Virus record (IMG/VR): IMGVR_UViG_3300020165_002937
DNA length: 64,000 bases
Strand: one strand, 5' to 3'
DNA from: a virus
Under the pieces are notes generated by a model that was not told where the DNA came from, made no database searches, and saw only the letters and a list, made by a program, of their open reading frames with translations. Every line of letters begins with the position of its first letter. The first letter of the stretch is position 1. A program made the position numbers and the translations under genes. This document shows, in pieces, positions 30,301-39,184 of the stretch.

Positions 30301-32354
30301 TTAAAGATGATAATTTTACAAGTTTAGAAAGCGATGTAGTGGCGAACGATCTAAAGTTCCCACCCAATACAGTCTTTGGCGCGCGCTTAACGCTGGGGCG
30401 TTCGATGCGGGGTCTCAAGACTTATGTATTTGAATCTGGATCAACTGGGAATAACTTACCGTTCACTCAATTTGGGGCAAGAGCAGTCAATAATGGTGCC
30501 TTTGGCCCTGATGCTGCATGGTTCCCACTCCCTCAAGACCCAGCCAAAGGGTATTTACTCGAAGCTTCTTCTTCGACATATGACTGGACATCAACACAGC
30601 AGGCGTATAGAGAGACTTTCACGATGTACAGTCGCCCTACAGCGTTTGGTCCTGAAATATCCGGCCGGCCAATGTCCGCCTCGAATGGCAATTTAAACAG
30701 CAGTCCGTGGCTGTCAGCTTCTATGTCAGGGACGATGGACTGCTTTACAGGTCACAACTGGGCCTATACCCCGCCATATTACCACGGGCAAGCTTGGTGT
30801 GACTTTATTTTCACCCCAGATCCAGGAAAGACTTATGATGTTGAGACAATTTTGTCAGAAATGAAAACCAAGTTCTGGCGCGTAGACCCAGGCCCAGTTT
30901 TAAATACGGGTATGAATTCGTTAATTGCCGGCGGCCCGCCACCAAGCGACAAAATATTGAAGGGGTTCCCCAAAACAGGATCATTTAATAAAGAACAGCC
31001 AGTGTATTCAGGTTTTAATATCAATAGTAATGCAATGCAATTAAGTGCAAGCTTCAACTTGTTCGGAGTCCAAAGAGTACTGAAACAGAAAAGAGACAAG
31101 TTTGGTAATCTTACTGAATCTGGCAACGAAACTGCCGGCATGAAGTGGGTTATACAACCAAAATTTGAAACTCCGATGTTGAACTTTAACGACAAGGGTA
31201 TTCACCCAATAGTGTCATCTTCTTCTGATAGTGCTCTGACACTACCATTATATGCAACGGCGTCGGTACCCCGAGGAATGTGGCATCAGTTTGGTGTTGT
31301 TCCACCAGATTCGAAAAAAGGCATTTTTCTTGACATTGGTGATATACCATCACAGTGGCTCAAATACCACTACGATGTCGTGTCGACTGGTTCAATATAC
31401 AATAACTTTAGCCCAGAAGCTACTGGTTCCACATTACATAAAACCATGCGCTCTCTTTCCGACTTATTTGGGTTCCAAAGGAAGACAAGCCGCAAGCGCC
31501 TAGGCGAACTTAAAGAAAAGAAAACAATTTATGAAGCAGTAATCGCAATTCCGTACGTGTTAGAAGATATTTATACTGCCCCCGGAATATCTTCTACAAC
31601 AATGTCTGATGGCATCCTGAAAACAAAGAAAAAATTCATAAGCATTCCGAAAGAAAAGGTCGATGCAACTCACCCATCAAAGATTGGCAGTCCTACTGCA
31701 GACAGCTTGACCGCAGCCGGCCTCTCAATCAGAAAGTTGATGAAAAAGGCACAAAGGTATGTGTTACCACCAGAAGTTGACTTTATGAATAATAAAAATA
31801 TTGACCCAATGGTTATGTATATGTTTGAATTTAGTTATGATTTAGATAAAGACGATTTGTCGTATATCTGGCAGAATGTGGCGCCTCGTAACTTTAGAGA
31901 ATTAAAATTCCAACATTCATCAACTGCTCATGCTCTAGGTTCGACTGAACTGCTGTCAGACGCTATATTAAGCGAAAATCCAAATTTAAGATGGATGGTC
32001 TTCAAGGTCAAACAAAAAGCTGAAGATAACTACTACAACAAGGTCCAAGACCAAGCCGGAGCTAGCGCCGGCGAAGCGATCTTTGATGATCTGAAAACGA
32101 AAGAGGGATATAATTTAGGCTATAACTGGCCGTATGATTACGTTTCAATTGTCGAAATGATCAAAATGGATGTAGAGATAATGCTTCAATCAAAAAGCAG
32201 CAGGCCCGGCGATACAATAGCTCCAAGCCCCGCCGATGCGCTGGCATCAGCAATCTCCGGCCTCGTGTCGACCACTTTGGCTACCGCCACCACTCCAACG
32301 CCTATGGCGACACCCGGGATGACCGGAATACCAACAGCGACTACTGGATACTAA
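21330..32354 (+). CDS. Giant (3674 aa) baseplate/tail protein with LamG (concanavalin A-like) domains and a gp7/P2-I-like wedge motif
   Basis: TVEFW...WAHYAVT...GSIDEFRFWK and TFSGWINP...WNHIAVS...GNMDEVSVWNTQLT LamG motifs; IYKAKGTEKSIRNALRCF wedge motif. Confidence 0.75.
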   Translation: MSIKKLFDSENNRNYLTDKNVKEAFKSVESQRNVAALKEKQDSFLPQIDYSDPEKFARYGSAYLYYKSAFERVHNYYPYDGSSAEKTEFYNKSLDIEKYIFEKVYPSSTGYVTISQTGWGSQASVSGGYGIPDSQEYITFFGGPGTASSQLGPDPYSDIRQFNNIYDTSIYTTEGLLPTYGSGSRESNLKSNFDTGVTVEFWAKTGSMDGGDDTLKQVVFDMWNNEASSSQAYGRITIELTGADQGDASRTHVNGWNDSPFLLTVQSGSGIGATAGMKAEGAPGAFTASIGKNFSSSSLGSWAHYAVTLYNSGSDLRADFFVNGLINDRKTFNSQGIGALNPKNMVGRIGSLLTQPSASYAGASGGGKLNGSIDEFRFWKVRRTPEEIGRNWFVPVNGGVNTDVSNAELGMYYKFNEGITGESYIDAIVLDYGGRVCNGTWTGYSSTSRNTGSAMVSASAAAFEPLEPIIRSIHPDVVARKASLLSSGSYHDSQNNSNLASMLPAWVLEEHESQAENQKTDNNLQLMSHIMGTYFDKLFLQIEAVPKFKHAGYTSGSHKPVPFAQHLPQSLGLITPEIFIDSTIMEKFGNRNENSQFESDLNDTKNLIYSNLYNNIAGIYKAKGTEKSIRNALRCFNVDDRLIKMNTYSNNQVYTVKNNLKQVILTKKSLNFDKLENTDAVLYQKQNPENNESRGYIAGQVDGHQYRYGFTAEANVFFPTFTSEYDVITRTFKNVAIFGMQMVHTGNAGGTNAATVEAGTVPAANSMTAADTSWLLNDDVNFQVYAVRDNPTSRNVKFVLDSRHSTTRPFPKLESDTFLDVYDNSSWNLSVRLKPSNYPYSHMVSGSGTYTFDLIFQGYNTELGAVKNTFAVTESISQVSGSNFIKAGKRLSTGAYRINLTGATEASFRPAGTPLSTPMKSDINVSSVKVWSKYVDDNALLQHSADINNLGITGSYQNISPKDANSDQVDILNTNTLALAWNFDNVSTSDAAGNFYTIDVSSGSANIRNNRGWLGAMAGYQHTGYGYGFITSSTEVVDVREVNAFVTQDPELVQASDMVQIVDDTDYYFGTPQDVPSFYYTFEKSMYAAISEEMLHFFAGILDFNNLIGHPVNRYRGNYKELDNLRNIFFEKVSNVTEVERYIEYYKWFDDAIITVIEQLMPASSDTRPDVTDTIESHVLERNKYKTKYPTLNILSQPLEAVLLGLGEKMTDYRLISTPLPSSPRKAHKKEGVDIYPVRYWKERAERSSEELTSGDPILDDIRDKIKTIVATRAHKSSSIPTFRTLAGASYKAPTFAMKSLSMPFNVTVDNPLGTGSYLYKGGTNFREKKNIHFTYDALHPAGPINQDNGAFVPKNVLLAHASEIVELPEYFKATLNKRKKVKRYFKVHHGRNWEDGFGYMNTKSSYAFPFNIISSSVSGGFNDEIKAYFTGGLELTNLHHDTYGDDQEVPLQGPFTNYAVGGHQSRHISLNTGSDNWLSRPEAWKILVGRCVNGIRQTGSLGMVGPDYPYPEANDDRTSVTRIARAGLTNNKGIVWPDPAGGDNRGNCLVIPSTGSDSNNASWALLFDNNMTGSANEFPTWTFSGWINPSASNADRNIWAAGCCGGSGDEIHTISIEGDEALRYRVRTSDNAGSGAERSTWWETPASALTNGSWNHIAVSVTGTIGSLTTTIKPTLYINGVSQSWNGSTSPSSTPKQHLPSARSTENNFRGHADLDLAGPIILGGTIDSANSHEYGGNMDEVSVWNTQLTNDEVYAIYNGGVPTNLSHSSTPQYEYLAAWWRMGEGTSATVDAVNTGAASSAVISANNIVRDLISTASLLPVASSGYDIEMSIGFSSLTGTIEISDVIKVGPMPYPVSASQKAVYYRDYIAKRPVNFKNIQLKPGSPTISSLGNYTKNYEVVQSHGAFINNRRFVDEQPLIPSASRRYGMNYTDIVNFIHNIHRGEAAHFDYDIDYKPNQFTGSENKSIFISRFSAPGGPETLARGFQDLRGAEYSVYNTVNYRNLTVIRPGQAPSGTLSIGVGEQGFGATTQVAAQGVPGMRVYDIHTRDYGLTSHYARHTAKFGRDSLLQTGTLADPGIAQALQAPGASYNQLPGFHKTHRNNIRRLKLSGSTIISSSQFDNFFVQHAIPRSDTQYSWISASLLSDNDIYGHPPANFMVSQSLGRFDGYDEAYTFITASDTVSYNSSGLRFFGRSKTNPLIAPGGRDQLVPVDFTGLNINIREPVSASTNTLGYASLDVDFTATAASGYVNYVNHKYVYRALSTQGGKISSHGQGVASMLNSIILHRDGPYGYPTWKANRRQNHPVLREERKRGEISMITSGNQNLRHYELRPVSTRGRPMLINLSPYNNDRGVIKTTGVPFTLKATHDNELIGFNDVELNDQVLYGSVRPTTPYDQITRIVGVNGNNYLLNWVVYTQNIFPSSRNEYSASVRERLNYDNFFWRDQQDQRIALTKPLHWYYGGAAPVNPPWTHTPRNVANNISFDVWPLSAPQSFLTRSHVAPLPHLHNGETGAKNPNFTGKGSAFFKGNLSGTAAGILQNSFSSYITGASEYLSEYTGYTSISHKYKNYYAIRALMPVPLYSRKHAVAAPWSVVAPSGIDLYQQMDDGGSRAGVWPQYTNFHDAAAAPLYAGEAHWDAAATAGVVEKNTAVGLSETLKTLPVFRKKPSAPWFNNYDDFKYDVKLQAKDYAIVPEFRLSENVEDYVKYGINNPSKTDTYEIPGTILTSVSSSFYKDYSNSEFLGEFLRVKSRNHLIGSQIRLVCSAAIKLNPYKGFYPAQRTIQLVTQFSKSYASGLQAWWEYSFPTPATGDYTRLQADGREILYNKGGAARPLMQALFAPGLMYNTIKSGMAVDYPTVLDSTRVWRAKYGGAATSSIRTYPNPSQADGPTFSENNYAIVPNPSTVTSSTFVATSLEGYSSGPYFDFRIPFETLITPTKYIDNVKFIDLEPHPSMSLMTTASMVVTDTDDLYELMAKNFFGEVPNFFLKDDNFTSLESDVVANDLKFPPNTVFGARLTLGRSMRGLKTYVFESGSTGNNLPFTQFGARAVNNGAFGPDAAWFPLPQDPAKGYLLEASSSTYDWTSTQQAYRETFTMYSRPTAFGPEISGRPMSASNGNLNSSPWLSASMSGTMDCFTGHNWAYTPPYYHGQAWCDFIFTPDPGKTYDVETILSEMKTKFWRVDPGPVLNTGMNSLIAGGPPPSDKILKGFPKTGSFNKEQPVYSGFNINSNAMQLSASFNLFGVQRVLKQKRDKFGNLTESGNETAGMKWVIQPKFETPMLNFNDKGIHPIVSSSSDSALTLPLYATASVPRGMWHQFGVVPPDSKKGIFLDIGDIPSQWLKYHYDVVSTGSIYNNFSPEATGSTLHKTMRSLSDLFGFQRKTSRKRLGELKEKKTIYEAVIAIPYVLEDIYTAPGISSTTMSDGILKTKKKFISIPKEKVDATHPSKIGSPTADSLTAAGLSIRKLMKKAQRYVLPPEVDFMNNKNIDPMVMYMFEFSYDLDKDDLSYIWQNVAPRNFRELKFQHSSTAHALGSTELLSDAILSENPNLRWMVFKVKQKAEDNYYNKVQDQAGASAGEAIFDDLKTKEGYNLGYNWPYDYVSIVEMIKMDVEIMLQSKSSRPGDTIAPSPADALASAISGLVSTTLATATTPTPMATPGMTGIPTATTGY

Positions 32355-32371
32355 CAAATTGTATTTGAGTC

Positions 32372-32379
32372 TATTTATA
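32372..32379 (+). promoter_or_regulatory. Putative late promoter element TATTTATA
   Basis: Intergenic; starts 21 nt before ATG 32393. Confidence 0.5.
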
Positions 32380-32392
32380 ACAGAGTTAAAAA

Positions 32393-33979
32393 ATGGCAAA
32401 ATTTTTAAATAAGAAAGAACAAGTTTATGATCTCCAGCTTACAAGCTATGGACATTATTTATTGTCTATAGGTTCTTTCAAACCAAAATATTATACTTTT
32501 TTAGACGATAATATTCTTTATGACAAAAGGTATGCCGAAGTATATTACAGGAATGATTCTCCAACAACAACCACAGAATCTTCTTTAAGTAATACCTCGG
32601 TAGTCGGAGAACAGCAGAATGAAATACACAAAAGAATTAAGCAAGAAACACAGTACCTTGAAACAATTACTCATTTCGATGACGTGGAAAGAGCAAAAGG
32701 TTCCACGGCCCCCGGCGACCCGACCAGTGACTTTACAGATACTGATCTGGCCGGCTTGACTGAAAACGGCAATGATCGTTGGTTCGCCATAGATGTTTTG
32801 CCAACCAAAATATATCCAGCAGTCGACAGATTTAGATTAAATTCTGTTATTGGTGACGCACGCTTTGAAGGCGCCTCAGAGGCTTTACCAGCTTGGAAAA
32901 TAGCCATGCTTGGCGGAGAAATACTAAGTTCCTCGTATAATAATCCACAAACAGATGAAACAATACCACAAGTGAATGTTGCTTTAAACTACACTAAAAA
33001 GACACAAGACTATACTACGCTTATCGATCCAAAAAACATCCAATCATTAAAATCGACAATAGGCACATTTATCGATCAAAAGCAAATAGTTTTAGACCGT
33101 CAAGACGGGGTTATTTATATTGAAGAAGTAAATACCGAATTGTTGAATGACAATTTTGAAATTGAAGTTTTTGAAGAAATTCAAAAAGTTGGGGCTACCA
33201 ACGCATCAATGATTATTTTACCAGTTAGCTCTACTGCATCGGATTATGATGAATTTATATTAGAGTTAACTGATGGAAACGGCAGTCTCGCGAGGATAAG
33301 CTTTGATTCATCCAGGCCCGGCCTGGCGGATATTCTTGGATCCAGTAGCAGCGATCTACCGCCGTATACTATAGCCATTAGAGTTAATACCGCGTCAATG
33401 GCTTCGAAGAGTGGCTCGAAGGCTAAAGAAGAGTTAGTAGAGCTTATCGAAAAAGCTTTTCAAAATGCGATAAAAGACTTTCTCGCAATATCAGCCGAAG
33501 GTCGTTCAGGCAAGCGCTTAGTCCTAAAGCAGCTTGTAAAAGGCGCCGCGGGAAACACTATTATTAGAAATGGGGCCGATGCCCGATTAGCTTCGAGGTC
33601 GGATTCATTGTTCGAATTTAAATCATCCCCATCGGCGGCTTTCAGTCAAAGCATTTTTGTTAACGGCAGAGATATACCACAAGTATGGGAAAGAAAGTAT
33701 TTTGAAAATAAAATCGAACAGATAGTAGATGGGTATATGATACACGACACCCCCCAAGAAAGATATAATAAAAATTATACTTCTGGCGCAGTAGAATATT
33801 ATTTTGATATACTGACTGACGAGCAAATCGATCCCACGTTAGCTTGTAAAGGTAATGAATTGTTTAATAAATCCTCGTATTATATCGACATTGATTTTGA
33901 ATGCGCTGAGGAAGACGATAGTATTACATTTTATGATATCTATGGAAAAGTTACGGAGCCTGAAATATGTCTGGATTAG
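32393..33979 (+). CDS. Virion structural protein; N-terminus paralogous to 43583..44575
   Basis: FLNKKEQVYDLQLTSYG..LLSIGSFKPKYYTFLDDNILY aligns with FLDNSGDIILDAVLTDLG..RMAQGRFRITKFALGDDEIDY. Confidence 0.6.
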   Translation: MAKFLNKKEQVYDLQLTSYGHYLLSIGSFKPKYYTFLDDNILYDKRYAEVYYRNDSPTTTTESSLSNTSVVGEQQNEIHKRIKQETQYLETITHFDDVERAKGSTAPGDPTSDFTDTDLAGLTENGNDRWFAIDVLPTKIYPAVDRFRLNSVIGDARFEGASEALPAWKIAMLGGEILSSSYNNPQTDETIPQVNVALNYTKKTQDYTTLIDPKNIQSLKSTIGTFIDQKQIVLDRQDGVIYIEEVNTELLNDNFEIEVFEEIQKVGATNASMIILPVSSTASDYDEFILELTDGNGSLARISFDSSRPGLADILGSSSSDLPPYTIAIRVNTASMASKSGSKAKEELVELIEKAFQNAIKDFLAISAEGRSGKRLVLKQLVKGAAGNTIIRNGADARLASRSDSLFEFKSSPSAAFSQSIFVNGRDIPQVWERKYFENKIEQIVDGYMIHDTPQERYNKNYTSGAVEYYFDILTDEQIDPTLACKGNELFNKSSYYIDIDFECAEEDDSITFYDIYGKVTEPEICLD

Positions 33980-36900
33980 TTTATAGAGGAGATACAATTG
34001 ATAATTTTGGAGAGCTACTGCCGTGCCCGTACATTGAAAAAGTATGGGTCCAGGAAAAGGGTTGGGTTGTCCAATTATCACTAATGATAAATACGTTATC
34101 AGCCGATCCGGATATCGACTTAATTGAAAATAATTTGCGCGCTTTAACGTATTATACATGTCCGGTTTGGGACGAGCCATCACACCGCATATTAAATAAT
34201 TACAAAAATGATGATATTTTTAGGCTTTTACCAATATTGGAAAAAGAGGCTATGCCCGTTCCAATAAACAATTCAGTGCTCAATGACGAATTTACATTTA
34301 CTTCGCGTACTTATCGCTTTGAAGACTTCCAAAAGCTTCCGGGCCCATTTTGGGATGATAGTGGAAACTTAATACTTAAATATACTGTGCCATATGATGA
34401 AAGTGAAATTTTTAGTGATTCCTACACTGGTGTACCAGCAACAGGGGCCGACTGGGATGATAGTAGCTCTGTGTCGGAAACAGATGATGGGAGATTAGCG
34501 GTTGTCAGTAAAAAGTTTGGTCCATTCCGACAAGCGCTTCCGAGTCTAGAGCAAAATTTAAAAAATGATGGATTCAGGTATGATAGCTTTAAACTGATTG
34601 CTTGGTCATCGCCAATTTATATAAATGCAGTTGAGTTAGCTGCACCGACGTCGTACGGCGAAGACTCAACGGTTCCTGGCAGCGTTATATATAGAAAATA
34701 TAATGCAGACACCGGAGTAATTGACGAGTTGCCCGTATCAAGAACGAAACCTGCCCATTACGTACAATTTCCAACCCGCTGTGGTTTCTCACCAGAGATG
34801 ATTTCTGGAGACATGAGAATTCCGACTGGTGTTTCCAGAGTGGATCTATATGGTACCACAGGTGGTGGCCTCAGCGAACGTATGGAATCATCGCGTGATG
34901 CTGACTTTTACGATATATCCGGAACTAGAATAGCGGAGTCGGGAGATTTGCTTGATAGGGGTGGCGCCGTATATACCGATGTATTCGGCGCAGTTACTAC
35001 CTCCCTCGCCGCCCGCCGAGCAAGCTTAAGACAACTGGTGGCGTTTCAAGAAGATACTGTGCTCGGCTACATGCCGCTTGAGTTAGATGATTATGTAACC
35101 GAAATGATGGAAGATTATACAGCAACTTATGACAGCAAAAACAATATGGGCGAAAAATGTATTGAACAATTTTCTGATTTTTATAACGAACTGACTCCGA
35201 TATACGATTACGATCCGGATAACTACAAAGATGAAAAGTTGCACTTAATAACTGATTTGTCTGCTGTGTTAGGCACGCAAAGTACAAAGGCCTCCAAAGT
35301 TCGAGTAGCTCCAGCAATTATAAAAAAAGCCTACACTTTTGATAATTTGCCCCCAGTGCTAGTTAATCAGTTTATTAGTGATATTGCTGTTGAAGATGTT
35401 TTTGTAAATGGGAATATAACAACTTCAGAACACCAAGTATATGTTCGAGAAGATGGTTCTATATGCTCAGCTCAACCAATTCAAAGCTTGGATGGCAATT
35501 TGTACGCGCCTGATGATGTTAGCCTCACAAACATTGTAGATGATATCAAAGCTTTGGTAGACTCGTACGAAGAAGCAGCAAAAAAAGATAGAGACCTGGC
35601 GGAAATAATAGCGCAAACATCAACATTATTACAAACCTATGGAGCGGATCAGTCCTTCCTGCCACATATGAATCGTCTGCGTCATACTTGGCCAGATAAA
35701 TCAACTTCCACTAGGGTCGGGCGCCTCTACGAAAGATTAAAAAGGCGTTTGTACAACGCAAACGTAACTGTACGTAATCAAGGCGCGAAATCAAAACTAT
35801 CTAGAAGATTCGTAGCAAACAACAAAGTCGTCAACTCAGTAGGCGCTGATTTTACGGATATTGGATATTTAAGCACGATCACTACACCCGGCAATACTGG
35901 CTACATAGCCGATAATCCCTATATCTTTAACAAGACCGGCCGCACTACCGCTGAAAACTTTCCTGAAGTTTTGATGACTCGGGCTTGGGTTGAAGGCTCT
36001 GGCACGGTAGATAATTTTATCCGCGCCTCTGGCTATTGGTTTTTTGATTTTGAAAAAGCCCTCCGGAATGAATCAGCAATTGCCCAAGTGCTCAACATTG
36101 ACAAGCTGTACAAATATTTTGGACGCCAGTTGGTGCATGCACAATTTAAATTTAAAAAAGTCAGAATGGATAGGCGATTTATCAACGAAGGCTTTTTTTC
36201 AGAAGATACTATGACGACCGTGGACCAGAGAGATGATTCAAAGTTATTAAAAAGATTTAATTTAAAATTTGATACAGGCACCAGTGTAGAAACCCCCACA
36301 GTAGATGAACTCGTTCAAACAACTAACAATGCATCAGGCTATAGTGACACCGGATACGAAAGTGTGAGAATTATGAAGCAAGTTGGAGTTGATGGGACCC
36401 CATATGAAGCTAGCGATTTGTCATATCTCACTTTGCGAGCCCTTGGCGGTCCTGTATCTGCAGCCGGCGCCATAGCTGATAACCTCTATAGAATCGCTGC
36501 ATTTGAATTTCAGGATTATTACAACATGGAAAGCTTAGTATTTCAGCCAGATCCTGATTTTTCAGATGTAAGAGAGTTTTATAGAATCGAAGTCACCATC
36601 AATGATGAAACTATGGAGGTATACAACTCTGTAAGATATCAGATGAAGGAAACAAAAGATGATCTATGGAATTATCTGCAAGCTGCACGAGAAGCCTGTT
36701 CCTACAATAATTGGGAATTCGTGTTTAATGATTTCTTCTCAAATGGAATGGATGCGTTATACGCTGGAAATCCCCAGTCTGCTCCGTGGATCAGGGCGCC
36801 TTTGGTCTATGAAATACAAAGAGACTTATTAGGAAATTCTCATGCCGGAGACGTAGACAGACTTATGGCAACTGCCAAAAAGCATGCGAACAACATAAAC

Positions 36901-38562
36901 CCTTACAATGGCAACTTACCAGATCTGGAAGCTTTTTGGCTTGACTTCCGCACCTTGTGGGGCGAGATGTATGATGCGCCAAATTTCAATGGCACTGAGA
37001 CTGCTCCCACTGAAGGTGGCGCTTGGATAGGCTCAATTTTTGATACCGATAACGATGCAATAGAAGCCGGAGGATTTTCAACTGATAAACCAAAAGACAT
37101 CCAAGCCAGATATGGCCGAAATCGAGATTTAGTATTTGGAACAGATATTTCAGAATTGCCAAAAATAGAAAACATGGATTTCGATCCAGACGGTACCGGT
37201 ATCGATGACATATTAGGTTGGGTTAGAATGGATCTAGCAGAATACTTTGAATTAATTCACCGGGAAGCCGGCATCTTCGACGGCGTCACCGGGTTTACGG
37301 ATTGGTCGGTATTGAAGGCCGGTGATCTAATGCCCGGAATTATTTGGCGCGCCGCAGGCGCCGCAGAACAGACCTTCGCCCCGGCCGGAAGTTCAGAAAC
37401 GGTTTGGCAATATCTCGGAAAGCTTCAAATTTCGGACGTTCCGGATTACGTATTAAGGAATCTGATTCGAGCTTCGGGCACCGGCAACGATATTCGAACT
37501 TCAGCCGGATACGATAATTATTGTTTAGGAGATCTGTGGGTAATGTCAATAATTTCTTTGGCAGAGTTGGGAATGAACGTAGATGATGCAGTTCAATTAG
37601 TTGTTTACGATTACCCTAGTTTAGCTGAACTAGAGACGTACCGCGAACGGGATGGTACTGATGACGGCTATATCTACGAAGACACCGGTGGGGAGCGCCG
37701 GGTTATTGGGCTAGCACCCGTCTGGCAGAGTTACAAGTGGTCTTTAATCGATGAGGCTTATGGGGGCATCTTGGATAGAGCTTCTGATGGCGGCGCTAAA
37801 TTGTTAAGAGCGCTAAACTCTCCGGAACAGATGGTCCGCGGCAAGGCAATTCTGAATATGGCGAAACTATATAACATGTCACAAAACTATATGGTAAATG
37901 ACGATAGCACGCTTATGGATGTCGATGCAAGAATAGCTGAAGCAGGCACCACTGGCGGCGGCGGCTACGTCGCCTCCTCCGTTTACGATCGCATTCAAGA
38001 ACAAACCGGCCAGGATATTCAAATTATAAGCGTGTCACCCGCCGATGCCGACAGCGCCGTCGCGATCGATGGCAAATACTATCAATTCAGTCAGCGTTCT
38101 TGGTGGGATTGGAGAGATAGGATTCAAGCTACGTACGACAATACGTCAGGCACTGCTGAAGCAGAAGGCCTCTTAATGTCGCGTCTGATTGGCAGAACAC
38201 CAGCCCAGGTTGCGTATTATGCCGCGGCCATACGACACATCTATGCAAACTATAGTTTTGGAGGAGGATTTTCGGATGCTGGATCCAGAAACAGACTGAT
38301 AATCACCAACACTCGCGGCGGAACTCCAGCCACGGCGGCAGAGCTGGGTCTAGAAGTTGAAGGATTCAGGGGTATGGAGTCTCTGGTATATGCAACCAAT
38401 GCCCTAGCCGGCTCCGTATTTGACGAAACATACGAATCTGAAGGAGCAGAAGTTACTAGTGCCGATGTTGTCTACCAAGGCTTAAGCCAATTTGACGGTG
38501 TATCTTACTTAGAGCTTATCGCACAAACTGGTGGGGAGTATGATCCAACAACAGGATCTTAA
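33967..38562 (+). CDS. Large (1531 aa) acidic putative virion protein
   Basis: Long uninterrupted ORF in the structural block; no recognisable motif. Confidence 0.55.
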   Translation: MSGLVYRGDTIDNFGELLPCPYIEKVWVQEKGWVVQLSLMINTLSADPDIDLIENNLRALTYYTCPVWDEPSHRILNNYKNDDIFRLLPILEKEAMPVPINNSVLNDEFTFTSRTYRFEDFQKLPGPFWDDSGNLILKYTVPYDESEIFSDSYTGVPATGADWDDSSSVSETDDGRLAVVSKKFGPFRQALPSLEQNLKNDGFRYDSFKLIAWSSPIYINAVELAAPTSYGEDSTVPGSVIYRKYNADTGVIDELPVSRTKPAHYVQFPTRCGFSPEMISGDMRIPTGVSRVDLYGTTGGGLSERMESSRDADFYDISGTRIAESGDLLDRGGAVYTDVFGAVTTSLAARRASLRQLVAFQEDTVLGYMPLELDDYVTEMMEDYTATYDSKNNMGEKCIEQFSDFYNELTPIYDYDPDNYKDEKLHLITDLSAVLGTQSTKASKVRVAPAIIKKAYTFDNLPPVLVNQFISDIAVEDVFVNGNITTSEHQVYVREDGSICSAQPIQSLDGNLYAPDDVSLTNIVDDIKALVDSYEEAAKKDRDLAEIIAQTSTLLQTYGADQSFLPHMNRLRHTWPDKSTSTRVGRLYERLKRRLYNANVTVRNQGAKSKLSRRFVANNKVVNSVGADFTDIGYLSTITTPGNTGYIADNPYIFNKTGRTTAENFPEVLMTRAWVEGSGTVDNFIRASGYWFFDFEKALRNESAIAQVLNIDKLYKYFGRQLVHAQFKFKKVRMDRRFINEGFFSEDTMTTVDQRDDSKLLKRFNLKFDTGTSVETPTVDELVQTTNNASGYSDTGYESVRIMKQVGVDGTPYEASDLSYLTLRALGGPVSAAGAIADNLYRIAAFEFQDYYNMESLVFQPDPDFSDVREFYRIEVTINDETMEVYNSVRYQMKETKDDLWNYLQAAREACSYNNWEFVFNDFFSNGMDALYAGNPQSAPWIRAPLVYEIQRDLLGNSHAGDVDRLMATAKKHANNINPYNGNLPDLEAFWLDFRTLWGEMYDAPNFNGTETAPTEGGAWIGSIFDTDNDAIEAGGFSTDKPKDIQARYGRNRDLVFGTDISELPKIENMDFDPDGTGIDDILGWVRMDLAEYFELIHREAGIFDGVTGFTDWSVLKAGDLMPGIIWRAAGAAEQTFAPAGSSETVWQYLGKLQISDVPDYVLRNLIRASGTGNDIRTSAGYDNYCLGDLWVMSIISLAELGMNVDDAVQLVVYDYPSLAELETYRERDGTDDGYIYEDTGGERRVIGLAPVWQSYKWSLIDEAYGGILDRASDGGAKLLRALNSPEQMVRGKAILNMAKLYNMSQNYMVNDDSTLMDVDARIAEAGTTGGGGYVASSVYDRIQEQTGQDIQIISVSPADADSAVAIDGKYYQFSQRSWWDWRDRIQATYDNTSGTAEAEGLLMSRLIGRTPAQVAYYAAAIRHIYANYSFGGGFSDAGSRNRLIITNTRGGTPATAAELGLEVEGFRGMESLVYATNALAGSVFDETYESEGAEVTSADVVYQGLSQFDGVSYLELIAQTGGEYDPTTGS

Positions 38563-38600
38563 TTCTACGCAACAAATCATTTTAAAGGAATATATAGGAT

Positions 38601-39152
38601 ATGCAAAAATATAAAAAATCTGATCTCGTCGACGGCCGGACCAGAGCAAAAATCTTAAGAAGAAACATTAAACGCTCCAATTCAACTATCATTGGCGGCA
38701 TCCAGACTGACCTTGGCAATTCTAATGGCCTAACATCCATTCTACGTTCTTACAAGAAAATAAGAACAGCTACAAGCGGAGATACTGATCCAAAATTTGC
38801 AGTGAACAACATCAATCGAATATCCGAAGTTATGTTGAATGAAATGGGGTGTTCGATAGTCAATATTCCAACAAGCTATTCGCTTTTACAAGATCAAACT
38901 GATAAAGAACCACTGACTAACCCGAATATACAGGACCCACAACTTTCTATTGCAAAGGCAGAAAAAATATCACCGACTATTCAATATGGAGAAGGTGACC
39001 CATTTTATGTTCATGATGATCAGATCTCAAGATATAAAAGCTATTCTAGCCCAGTGCCTTCTGTAGTTCGCACACCAACTTTGGCTGAACTTTCTAGTCT
39101 GGTAACCGGAATGTCTACATCGAGATCTCGCTCAAGCTCGAAATATATTTAA
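38601..39152 (+). CDS. Hypothetical protein (structural block)
   Basis: 183-aa ORF with AGGA RBS; Ser/Arg-rich tail. Confidence 0.6.
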   Translation: MQKYKKSDLVDGRTRAKILRRNIKRSNSTIIGGIQTDLGNSNGLTSILRSYKKIRTATSGDTDPKFAVNNINRISEVMLNEMGCSIVNIPTSYSLLQDQTDKEPLTNPNIQDPQLSIAKAEKISPTIQYGEGDPFYVHDDQISRYKSYSSPVPSVVRTPTLAELSSLVTGMSTSRSRSSSKYI

Positions 39153-39184
39153 AATGCAACTTATAATTTTAGGAAATATAAATA